From an uncultured Verrucomicrobiae bacterium (lineage in GTDB: Bacteria; Verrucomicrobiota; Verrucomicrobiia; Chthoniobacterales; UBA10450), in assembly GCA_963737995.1 (NCBI GenBank), contig CAVTUV010000011.1:13684-77683 (forward strand): a DNA stretch of 64,000 nt. The letters are read 5' to 3'. Every line of letters starts with the position of its first letter. Within the stretch, counting starts at the first letter, position 1. Shown here in pieces: positions 54,939-64,000 of this stretch. Below the pieces are notes generated by a model that had not been told where the DNA came from, made no database searches, and worked only from the letters and a program-made list of their open reading frames with translations. The position numbers and the translations under genes were made by a program.

Positions 54939-55317
54939 TCACCGCTCCTCTCCCGCTGCGCGATATCGCTTCGCCGTCTCCACGTATTTCCTCGCCCAAT
55001 GCGCGATGCCGGCTTGTTCGGCGTGGCTCAGTTGCCGGACGATTTTTCCCGGTGAACCGAGCACGAGAGAACCTGACGGCACATTCATGCGCGCGGTCAC
55101 GAGCGCGTGGGCCCCAATGATCCTGAAGGTTGCTAAGCGGGCCGATCTCGATTCGATTGATGTCGCCTCGGAGCAGGGCGCCGTACCAGACACTTGCTTC
55201 CGCGCCTAACGACACCTCGCCGATGATCGTGGCGTTGGGCGCGACGTGCGCGGTGGGATCGACCCGCGGCCCCGCGCGCAGGCGCTGCTCGATTGTTTCC
55301 ACCCCGCCCCTCTCCAT
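54939..55317 (-). CDS. Gamma-carbonic-anhydrase-like hexapeptide protein (YrdA/PaaY family); frame break and apparently missing its central ~40 codons
   Basis: VDPTAHVAPNATIIGEVSLGAEASVWYGALLRGDINRIEIGPLSNLQD, then directly IIGAHALVTARMNVPSGSLVLGSPGKIVRQL. The usual His-containing middle turns are absent. Confidence 0.55.
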
Positions 55318-55348
55318 CGCGCGAAACCCAACCCGGATTGCAGGGAAG

Positions 55349-55423
<75 letters not shown>

Positions 55424-55567
55424 ATTTTCCCGCGTAAATTAGCTTCGAACCGGCGTTCGTAAATCCCCATTATGCATCCGGGCCAGGATCTTCAGGCATG
55501 GCCCGGATCATCGCCTTATTGGCCTCACGCTGGCTGCCAGTCCGTCGCATCGTGGTGATCTCCGCCT

Positions 55568-56560
55568 ATGAGTCCAATAGCAATCGGTCTGATTGGCTTC
55601 GATGGGGCAACGGCCACGCATCTTACCAGCGCAGCCGACGCCTTGGCGAGCGCCGCGTTGGATGACGGATTCGGTGGTCGTGTTTGCTGCTACAAAGTCT
55701 GGATCCTGGGCCTAACGAACGCGCCGTTCGTTTCTGAAGCTGGGATCACATTCCAGCCGCAGAAGTCCCTGGCGACCGCGCCTCCGCTCGATACGATCAT
55801 CGTCGCAGGCGGCGATGGAGTGCGCCGGCCTCAGGTGCAGGACCGGCTGGCGGAATGGATCCTGCAGCGCTTCTCCGAAACCCGGCGCATCGCTTCGATC
55901 TGTTCCGGCATTTATGCCCTCGCGCCAACCGGCCTGCTCGATGGCCGCGAGGTTACCACGCATTGGCGTTGCAGCCGGTTGCTGCAGGAACGTTACCCTG
56001 CGTTGCGCGTTGGTCACAAACGTTCGCTGGTCAAGGACGGTCCATTTTATACCTCCGCCGGGCTCACCGCCGGGATCGGTCTTGCTTCCGCGCTCATCGC
56101 TGAAGACTACGGCCAGCAGGTGGCACAATCGGTTGGTCGCAACCTCATGACCCATCTTCTCCCAGCGGCGCAGCCTAACGAATCGCCGGACCGGCTCGAC
56201 TGCGGGAGCCAGTCGACCGATCGCCTCGGCCACCTTGTTCCCTGGATCATGCGCAATCTCGATCAATCTCTGACGGTGGAGATGCTGGCGCGACGGGCCG
56301 GGATGTGTCCTTCGCATTTTACCCGGGCGTTCAAGAGTGTCTTTGGGGCGACCCCGGGCGATTTTGTCGAGAACCTGCGCCTGAACGAAGCCCAGCGCCG
56401 CCTTGCTTCGCGTCACAAGACGTTGCGGAGCGTGGCTGCCTCGGTCGGATTTACCGACGCCAACGCTTTTCGGCGCGCTTTTGCGCGACGTTTCGGAACC
56501 ACACCCAGACTCCGCCCCGACCGCTTAGCGACCAAAGACTTTGAATTAGTCGGACGCTAA
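55568..56560 (+). CDS. GlxA-family transcriptional regulator (DJ-1/PfpI domain + AraC-type HTH), copy 1
   Basis: Intact 330 aa. IASICSGIYALAPTGLLDGREVTTHW, then C-terminal AraC HTH (LARRAGMCPSHFTRAFKSVFG...VGFTDANAFRRAFARRFG). Confidence 0.8.
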   Translation: MSPIAIGLIGFDGATATHLTSAADALASAALDDGFGGRVCCYKVWILGLTNAPFVSEAGITFQPQKSLATAPPLDTIIVAGGDGVRRPQVQDRLAEWILQRFSETRRIASICSGIYALAPTGLLDGREVTTHWRCSRLLQERYPALRVGHKRSLVKDGPFYTSAGLTAGIGLASALIAEDYGQQVAQSVGRNLMTHLLPAAQPNESPDRLDCGSQSTDRLGHLVPWIMRNLDQSLTVEMLARRAGMCPSHFTRAFKSVFGATPGDFVENLRLNEAQRRLASRHKTLRSVAASVGFTDANAFRRAFARRFGTTPRLRPDRLATKDFELVGR

Positions 56561-56799
56561 TGTTCGTTAGGCGTTAGACTGGGGCGACAATCGGACGGCT
56601 GGTCGCGTTCAAAGATTATCGGCCTGATCTGGGCCCCAGTCACGGTTGAATCCGTTCCACAGCGGCGAATCACCTTGGCCGCGTTCGTAAGCAGAAAATC
56701 GCGCTGGCCGGAAAGATCGGATTTACGGCCTCACGCTCAATTGGCGTTGCCCCTATAGCTATGTCTCGAAACCTAACCAAACACCAAATGGAGAAACTA

Positions 56800-59700
56800 A
56801 TGATCAGAACCTTATTCAGCAGACCTGGATTCCGCCGTGCGGCCATCGTCGGCAGCATTGGATGCGCTTCCCTTCTTAGCACGAGCGTCTTTGCTCAAGC
56901 GCCCGGGACCGAATCAACCGCCGAACGCATCGTCGTCACCGGGTCGAATATTCCTACGGCCGAAGAGGTACTGGCTTCGCCTCTTGATACGGTCACGACT
57001 CAGGACATCAAAGTTTCGGGCGGTGTCCCCGACGTCCTACAAATCCTGCAAAAGCGAAATTCGGATTTTGTCGGGGCTGGCAACGTGGGTAGCTCAAATG
57101 CGAATATCGCGAGTGGCGCGACCCAAGGCGGGTCGGTTGTCTCGCTCCGAGGGTTGCCGACCTGGTCCTATTCGAAGGCCGGCGCATTGCCGACTCCGCC
57201 GCCATCGGCGCTGGTGGATTGGCCTTCACCGATGTCAGCATTTTCCCGACTTCATTGGTCAGCCGGATTGAAGTCTTGAAGGATGGCGCATCCGCTCTTT
57301 ACGGCTCGGAGGCGGTCGGTGGTGTCATCAACATCTTCCTCAAGAAAGACTTTGAAGGCGTGGAGATCGACGCTCGCTACGGGTTCACGCCTTCGAGCGC
57401 GGTCTCCGAACGAAGGATGAGCGCGATCGCGGGGGTCGGCAACGAGACCACGCACATCACGGTCGGCTTCCAGTATTTTGAGATTGATCCTCTTTTCCAA
57501 CGTGAGCGGGGCTATTCGCAGCCTTTCATTAACGCGACCACAACCTTTCCCGGCGGCGGCCGAGACAACCTGGGTGGCGGCGCCAATTTCTACATCCTCA
57601 AGCCGGGGTTGAATTCGCCCTTTGAGGCGCCGGGCGTTACGCCCGGGTCAATCGCACCGCCAATCCCTGGCACGGCCAATCAAGGCCAATATGCACAAAT
57701 TCCCCAGGCCTATGACAACGTCCCATTCTCTCCTACGTTCCTGGCCTTCGACTTGTCGAAGCTTCCTACGAGCACGCTGGATATTTCCAACACCGACGCC
57801 TACGCCTCCGTCGAACATCAGATCTTTGGCAAGCAACTGGAATTCTTTTCCAACTTCCTCTATGCCAAGAACCACAACGAGAGCTTTTTGAATGGTCAAC
57901 CGCTGAGCAACGGGACGGGAGTCATCATCCTGGGTTCGCAACGGGTTGATCCCAACACCGGAAACCTCATCCCGGAAGACCGGGGCGCGCCCGCTCCCTT
58001 TAACCCGTTCCAGCTCTCGATTGACTCTAATACCCTGGGCGGAGACTTCCGTCTCTTTGCCAATAATCGCTACCAAAACAAGCCTCGCAGGTTTACAAAT
58101 GACTCAAGCTTTTATCGAATCCTCGGCGGCTTGCGATCGCAGCTTGCGAAGGATTGGACGATCGAAGCAGCGGGCTACTATAGCAACGATCAGATCGACT
58201 TCGTTAACGCCAATCTGGTCGACGGCACGCAGCTCAACGCCCTGATCGCCGGCACGGCGGTGGATTTTAATGGCAATCCAATCCCGCCGCTGGACTTCTT
58301 CGCCCGCAACCCCGTCGGCACCGGCCCCGGGCAGCTCACCGGCGCTCAGTTTAACACGATCTTTAAGTCGAACATCCGGAGCCAGACGTCCTATCAGGAG
58401 GTCTTTGATGCAAAGGTCACTGGGTTTCCGTTCCATCTCCCGGGCGGCGATCTCGGTGTGTCCTTCGGCGGCGAATACCGCCAGGAAGGATTCAAGCTGC
58501 AAGACTCGCCCGAAATTTTCGTTGGCTCGGTGCCGGTACAGGACATCAATGCCGGCCGGGCCGTCAAGTCTGCCTACGCCGAAATTAGCGTCCCGATTAT
58601 TGGCCCGCAGATGAACATTCCCGGCGCCTACAGTCTGGACCTGGACCTGGCTGGGCGTTTTGACCACTACGACGGGGTCAGCGAAGACGCAAAAGTTCCG
58701 AAAGTGACGCTCCGTTATCAGCCAATCAAGGACCTGACTCTTCGTGCGACCTACTCAAATTCCTTTGTCGCTCCGACCTTGTTTCAACTTTTCGGGCCGA
58801 CCGCTACCGGCTTTTCTGCTCCCATTGGGAGTTTAGGAGGCGACCAGGCGCAGGTCCAGGCCCTGACCAATCCTAATCTGGTCCCATCCAAGGCCGAATC
58901 CTACACCGCCGGCAGTAGCGGACAGCCCGAGTTATATTCCAGGATTGACCGTTACAGCGGATTACTTCCGGACCCTGCAATTAGGAATTGTCGCCGCGCT
59001 GGGAGGGAACCTCATCCTGAACAGCGTGGACAACCTGGGAACGGCTTCGCCCTTCATCAATCAAGTGGCTTTCAACAACTTTCCGGGCCAGCCCGGGGCG
59101 GTTCCAGTGACGGGGCCGGGTCAGTTGAACGGCAATCTTGCCTCGGTCTTTTACAATGATCCGCTGCAAAACATCGGCGGCCAACATCTGGAGGGTTTTG
59201 ACTTTAGCGCGAACTACAACCTTGACCTGCACAAATACGGGCAAGCGGAATTCGGGGTCAACGCGGTTATGTTCACCTTAAATGAATTAAAGACTGCTCC
59301 GACCTCCGACTACTTTAACATCAATGGGCTCGACGGGGCGGAAGCAGTGGGGGCGACCCCGAACTACAGGATAACTGCTCTGAGCCGTTACTCCTATGAA
59401 GGAGCGAGCATTGCCGTAAACATGAACTATATCCCGGGGTTGGATAACGCAGCCGGCCGCGATCCAGAACGGGAAGATCAGTTTACGTTCCAGAAGATCG
59501 GCGATTACCTCACCTTCGACACCCGGCTGCAATATGAGTTCCGGGCAAAGCCTGCGGCCGTCCCACAGTCTTACTCGAAGAATGAGAAAGATTCCAAGGG
59601 TATGGTCGCGGGAGCAAGCAGTGTCGCAGCTCCCGAAAAGACCGTTGACTCCTTCAGCCGTCTGGTTGACGGATTGACCGTCGCGGTAGGATGCAACAAT

Positions 59701-59811
59701 ATCTTCGATCGCGTGCCGCCCACCGTGGATAATGCGAACAGCAACACGGACCTTTCGATTTACGATCCGTACGGTCGTTTCCTTTACTTCGAGGTCTCGA
59801 AGAAGTTCTGA
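56800..59811 (+). CDS. TonB-dependent outer-membrane receptor; 2 frame breaks (near 57160 and 58925)
   Basis: Signal peptide, plug domain (ERIVVTGSNIP...VSLRGLPT / LVLFEGRRIA...IEVLKDGASALYGSEAVGGVINI), long barrel, and terminal ...GRFLYFEVSKKF ending in Phe. Confidence 0.8.
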
Positions 59812-59842
59812 CCGTCAGGTCTGAGAAAATAGGTCAACTGAC

Positions 59843-59873
59843 GCGGCGGCCGAGTCTGAAAACTCGGCCGCCG
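59843..59873 (+). terminator. Possible hairpin terminator after the receptor gene
   Basis: GC-rich stem CGGCGGCCGAGT / ACTCGGCCGCCG with loop CTGAAA. The T-tract is weak (TGGTT), so confidence is low. Confidence 0.35.
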
Positions 59874-59977
59874 TGGTTGAATCGGCGAGGCACCAACATG
59901 AACACAGTCCCACAGGCGCTTGCAGCAGTCCTTCTCTCCGTTGGAAGGAGTTGCCTTAGAAGCCTGAAAGAGGGGAA

Positions 59978-60472
59978 ATGATGACCGACAACGTTCTTAT
60001 ACAAAGACAGCCCAGGCGCCCGCGCGCTTTGACCAGCATCCTCTACGGCGGGCTGGCGGCCGCCCTCGGAGATTTTCTCTTTGCGATTATCTTTTACGGG
60101 GAAATCCTGGGGGTCAAACAGTTGCGAATTTTTCAATCCGTTGCCTCCGGATTGATCGGGCGGGCCGCATTCAGCGGCGGCATTGCGACTTATTTGCTCG
60201 GCCTGCTCCTGCATTGTGTGATTGGATTGTGCATCGCAACCGTCTACTACCTGGCGAGCTTAAAATGGCCCGTCTTACTCAGGCGGCCGATCGTTTGCGG
60301 TTTGATCTTCGGCATGATCGCTTACCTCGGGATGAATTACATCGTCATCCCACTCTCGGCCGCTCGTTCCGGGACCTTTCGACTCTCTTATTTTCTGATC
60401 GAGATAACCGGGCACGCTTTCCTGGTTGGATTACCGATTGCGCTGGCGGCACGGAAATCAAGCTACCGCTAG
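59978..60472 (+). CDS. Hypothetical integral membrane protein (4 TM helices)
   Basis: Intact 164-aa ORF with four hydrophobic helices. I recognise no family. Confidence 0.5.
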   Translation: MMTDNVLIQRQPRRPRALTSILYGGLAAALGDFLFAIIFYGEILGVKQLRIFQSVASGLIGRAAFSGGIATYLLGLLLHCVIGLCIATVYYLASLKWPVLLRRPIVCGLIFGMIAYLGMNYIVIPLSAARSGTFRLSYFLIEITGHAFLVGLPIALAARKSSYR

Positions 60473-60658
60473 CTGGTCAAATCAGCCGTCGAGAGACGGG
60501 GCGCGTCAAGCGACATTGTTACGAGGTTCGCGAGGTCTGATCTTTTCATGAAACGGCGCCCAGGAGAATATTCAGTCTCCTGGCTCTTCCAAAGTGGGTC
60601 ATTGGTTTAGAGCAAGTGGGTCTGGCGCGCCGATCGGAGGTGTCGCATTACCTTGTGA

Positions 60659-61756
60659 ATGCGTGCCTGGAAAGAGTCTTCGAACACCCTGCCGGATCTG
60701 GAGACCGGCCCGGCTTGGCGCACGGTCGGCATTCTGGCATTTGACGGTCTTGCGACTCTCGATTTGACGGGCCCGGTCGAGGCGCTGGCCATGGCCCGCC
60801 ACTCGGGTCGACAAGGGGCGGACGCGCAGTGTTACAAGACCATCATCCTCGGATTAACGAGTAAGCGTGTTGTGACAGAGTCTGGCCTCTACTTCACGGC
60901 CGATGCCACGATCGACTCGGCGGGGCCTCTCGACACCATAATAGTTCCTGGTGGCCGGGGGTTGCTGCGGGGCGAAACGAACCGCCGCGCCGCCCTCTGG
61001 TTGGTCGAGCGAGCGGAACACACGCGCAGGATGGCCGCAGTCGCGACAGGTGTCTACGCTCTCGCGCAAAGCGGTTTGCTCGACGGCCGCCTCGTCGCCA
61101 CGCACTGGCGTTTCGCACCCGATCTGGCACAACGTTTTCCCAAGCTAAGGTTGAGTCAGAACGCCTCCTTCGTGAAGGATGACCGGTTTTACAGCTCTGC
61201 GGGGGGCACGGCCGGAATCGAAATGACCCTCGCGTTGATTCAGGAGGATTTCGGAAGTGTCATCGCGCAAAAGGTTGCACGCGAGCTGGTCATGCGATTG
61301 CGACCGCCGGGCGACCCAGATGAACCTTTCACAGACTCAGATTACCAATGCGGTCCATTCGAGCGACTTTCCGACCTTCCCGCCTGGATCGTTGCGCATC
61401 TGGACGAAGATCTTACCGTGGTAGCTCTGGCGGAGCGCACCGGTATGTCTCTGCGCCATTTCAGGCGACTCTTTCGGGAGGTCTTCAACTGCGCGCCGGC
61501 GGCCTTTGTGGAAGAAATGCGCCTGAGCGAGGCGCGGCGTCGACTCCTGGGTCTGTCCGCAACGATTGAGAGCGTCGCCGAAAGTGTTGGCTTCAAGAGT
61601 CCCGACGTATTTTGCCGCGCCTTCGAGCGGCGCGTCGGCATGACGCCGAGCGCCTTCCGCCACCGGGAACGCAAACACGACTTTGGTCAAGGTCCGTCGG
61701 CACCAGTGCTCCGCCGGACGCTTCGCCAATCCATGCGCCCGCTACGGGTCGGCTAG
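60659..61756 (+). CDS. GlxA-family transcriptional regulator (DJ-1/PfpI domain + AraC-type HTH), copy 2
   Basis: Intact. VGILAFDGLATLDLTGPVEAL, MAAVATGVYALAQSGLLDGRLVATHW, HTH LAERTGMSLRHFRRLFREVF...VGFKSPDVFCRAFERRVG. The exact start is uncertain. Confidence 0.8.
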   Translation: MRAWKESSNTLPDLETGPAWRTVGILAFDGLATLDLTGPVEALAMARHSGRQGADAQCYKTIILGLTSKRVVTESGLYFTADATIDSAGPLDTIIVPGGRGLLRGETNRRAALWLVERAEHTRRMAAVATGVYALAQSGLLDGRLVATHWRFAPDLAQRFPKLRLSQNASFVKDDRFYSSAGGTAGIEMTLALIQEDFGSVIAQKVARELVMRLRPPGDPDEPFTDSDYQCGPFERLSDLPAWIVAHLDEDLTVVALAERTGMSLRHFRRLFREVFNCAPAAFVEEMRLSEARRRLLGLSATIESVAESVGFKSPDVFCRAFERRVGMTPSAFRHRERKHDFGQGPSAPVLRRTLRQSMRPLRVG

Positions 61757-62136
61757 TGCTAGTGCACTGTAACAAAAGAAACTGGACGAGCGGCCTCTGG
61801 CTCTGTAGAGCCGACGGCTCGGAGAGAAGCTCGTCCCTCCGGAGGGGCTCGCCGCGGCGAGCCCAGGATCAAGAGAGCGACTCTGTATCACAACTTGAGG
61901 TTGCAGTGCCCTAATTGTGGCCAGCGCGAGGCTCGGCTAACTCACGATTCGAGTGTGACTTCGGGTTACCATTTGCGGACGCGACCTTCAGACCAAGTGG
62001 GGGCTGGCAGCAGTTTTTCTTTCCTATGGTAAGTTTATCGCACGGTATGAAGAATGGAGATGAGGTCGGGTCCGGAGCATCGCGGTTCAAACCGCGCACA
62101 CGCCGGATACGCCGACGGTTGATCATCGCCTTCGAT

Positions 62137-63615
62137 ATGATTCGGCTCGACCGCAGCGCAGCGGAACCGCTCCACCTTCAACTTTATCATCGAATTCGTG
62201 AAGAGCTGAGGATTGGTCGTTTCACTGGTAGCTCGGCGCGACTCCCGTCATCGCGCGCGCTTGCCGCCCAACTGGGAATTTCGCGGCTGGCGGTGAAGCT
62301 CGCTTTTTCCCGCCTTAATGCGGAAGGATACGTGCGGTCCAAAGTTGGTTCTGGGACCTTCGCGGCAAATCCTCTTCCCGAGAACTTTTTGTATGCGCCG
62401 AAGGCTGAGTTGTTTCCGCCACTGGAGCGGGCGCCTCGCCTTTCGAAGCGCGCCCTGGCCATACCCGACCACCGGCGCAGAGAACAACTCGCTGTCGGCG
62501 TCGCCGGACCACCGGGCGTTACGCTGATTCCGGGACAGCCGGCGTTCGACGAGTTTCCGATCGACACCTGGGAGAAATTGCGCGCGCAAATTCTCGCGAA
62601 AAAGGGCGCTCATCTCCTGCGCTACGCTTCGAGTCAGGGCGATGCGGACCTGCGCAAGGCGATAGCTACTTATTTGTGCGATTTTCGCGCGGCTCGCTGT
62701 CACCCTGATCAGGTGATCGTGGCCGCCGCCACTCAGCAGACGATGCTGATCAGTGCTCTGGCTCTGATTAATCAGGGCGAGGCGGTCTGGATCGAGGATC
62801 CGGCTTATCACCAGGCGCGCCGGACGTTCACCCTCGCCGGTGCCCGCCTCGTTCCGAAAGCGGTCGATGCGGAGGGGATCGTGCTGACTCGCTCGCCTAA
62901 CGAGCGCGCTCCTCGGCTCATCTACGTCACACCGTCTCACCAATTTCCTCTTGGTGTGACGATGAGCGTGGCGCGCCGTAAAGCGTTGATCGAATTTGCG
63001 CGCGCGAACAATTCCTACGTTTTCGAGGACGACTATGACTCAGAGTTCCGCTTCGCCGGACCGCCGCTACCCTGTCTCCAGGGACTCGATAATTCCGGAG
63101 CGGTGATTTATTCGGGCACGGTGAGCAAGATTCTCCATCCCGCTCTGCGCTTGGGATATCTGGTCGTTCCGGAGCAACTGGTCGAACCGATGACCAAGGT
63201 GCGAGCCGCGATCGACCAGCACTCGTCCCCGATCGATCAAGCGACCCTCGCTCGCTTTCTGAACGAGGGTTTTTTTCTCAGTCACGTTAAGCGCATGCGA
63301 AAACTCTATGCCGCGCGGCGAGACTTCTTCATCCAAGAATTTAACAAGTTACTCGGCCATTACTTCGAGCTTCAGATTCCGGAGACCGGGTTGCTCTTTG
63401 TCGCTTGGTTGCGGCGGGGCGAAGAGCTGGATTGGCTCCGCGAGGTCGGCGCTGAAGTTGGAATTACCCCGGTCTCGCTCTCTTACTTTTGTATCAAAGC
63501 TGAGCTAAAACCGGCACTCGTCTTCGGTTTCGCAGCCTGGACCCCGGCCCAGATTCGTGAAGGCCTGACAAGATTTGCGGGAGCGCTGAAAAGGAAAACG
63601 AAACGATCGCATTAG
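62137..63615 (+). CDS. MocR/PdxR-type regulator (GntR wHTH + fold-type-I aminotransferase domain)
   Basis: Start taken at MIRLDRSAAEPL. wHTH LPSSRALAAQLGISRLAVKLAFSRLNAEGYV. Aminotransferase-like body with SGTVSKILHPALRLGYLVVP (PLP-lysine context). Confidence 0.8.
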   Translation: MIRLDRSAAEPLHLQLYHRIREELRIGRFTGSSARLPSSRALAAQLGISRLAVKLAFSRLNAEGYVRSKVGSGTFAANPLPENFLYAPKAELFPPLERAPRLSKRALAIPDHRRREQLAVGVAGPPGVTLIPGQPAFDEFPIDTWEKLRAQILAKKGAHLLRYASSQGDADLRKAIATYLCDFRAARCHPDQVIVAAATQQTMLISALALINQGEAVWIEDPAYHQARRTFTLAGARLVPKAVDAEGIVLTRSPNERAPRLIYVTPSHQFPLGVTMSVARRKALIEFARANNSYVFEDDYDSEFRFAGPPLPCLQGLDNSGAVIYSGTVSKILHPALRLGYLVVPEQLVEPMTKVRAAIDQHSSPIDQATLARFLNEGFFLSHVKRMRKLYAARRDFFIQEFNKLLGHYFELQIPETGLLFVAWLRRGEELDWLREVGAEVGITPVSLSYFCIKAELKPALVFGFAAWTPAQIREGLTRFAGALKRKTKRSH

Positions 63616-63804
63616 CGGCCAGGCAATGCTGGACGCTTTGTTTGCGTGTGGGTAGCCGGCGTCGTGCGTTTCGGAAACTCGCGTGGGGCCTCGCTCGAAC
63701 TGAGGTGGAAAATGGCCGAGGCGGCCAAAACCTTCAGATGATCTGCCCTTGCCAGGTCGGGCCGCCCTTCTATGCTCGGCACGGAACTATTCCGTATCCC
63801 TTAA

Positions 63805-64000
63805 GTGACCATCCCGACCGAGCCGATTGGCAGTATTCCTCGGCCCCTTCGTTTGGTCGAAGCGCTCGCGCAAAGCGATTGCGATGATCCCGCCCTCGAC
63901 CCGCTTTACGAGGAAGCGATCCGCGACACGATTGCGCGCTTTGAAGAAACCGGCTCGCCTGTGGTCACCGATGGGGAACAGCGCAAGTATCATAACTTTG
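63805..64000 (+). CDS. Cobalamin-independent methionine synthase (MetE C-terminal domain)-like protein, 5' part only (runs off the window)
   Basis: A GTG start gives (M)TIPTEPIGSIPRPLRLVEAL...LYEEAIRDTIARFEETGSPVVTDGEQRKYHNF, the typical N-terminal signature of the short MetE-like family. Confidence 0.55.
   Translation, partial: MTIPTEPIGSIPRPLRLVEALAQSDCDDPALDPLYEEAIRDTIARFEETGSPVVTDGEQRKYHNF

Noticed and set aside
56573-56799. Cobalamin, TPP or other riboswitch upstream of the TonB-dependent receptor. The same question applies to 63616-63804, upstream of the MetE-like gene.
   Set aside because: There is no B12-box (GCCACTG) or other riboswitch core visible by eye. This remains unverified without an Rfam scan.

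Overview
GC-rich bacterial chromosomal segment. The protein repertoire and repeat types resemble a soil Verrucomicrobia- or Planctomycetes-like organism, but that taxonomic guess is inference only. I can support about 55 protein genes, 2 tRNAs (Ser-GGA, Thr-CGT), five copies of a GTCATCC(C/T)GAGC-type inverted-repeat element, two other palindromic repeat types and two hairpin terminators. There is no rRNA, CRISPR array, transposase, integrase or phage gene. Housekeeping genes: HemQ-like, cysS, ispF, an IMPase, coaBC, gmk, yicC, mutY, rnhC, lpxD, a threonine dehydratase, gcvP, glxK. Envelope and glycan genes dominate the rest. These include three separate pairs of a polyprenyl-phosphate-sugar-type GT2 next to a large GT-C-like membrane protein (8112-11243; a truncated relic pair at 21005-22209; 31336-33294). 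They also include a 1118-aa GH18-like/CE4/GT2 fusion synthase with a GH26-like lipoprotein, an ABC-2 exporter, a duplicated outer-membrane-barrel plus secreted-protein module, a TonB-dependent receptor and an ECF sigma/anti-sigma/PDZ operon. Three signals stand out. (1) The non-palindromic 9-mer TCGTTAGGC / GCCTAACGA is extremely over-represented: about 50 exact 8-mer cores plus about 24 one-mismatch variants, against 2-3 expected. It occurs on both strands, inside genes, at stop codons and in intergenic spacers, with kb-scale deserts over accessory-looking genes. This behaves like a DNA-uptake-sequence or HIP1-type genomic word that I cannot match to any described one. (2) One-base frame breaks are clustered in alternating blocks. 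Every junction I resolved by hand (11) is a single extra base, so this looks like an assembly or consensus artefact rather than pseudogenisation. (3) Several uncharacterised loci are described under findings. Many gene ends below are reconstructed across frame breaks and are approximate.
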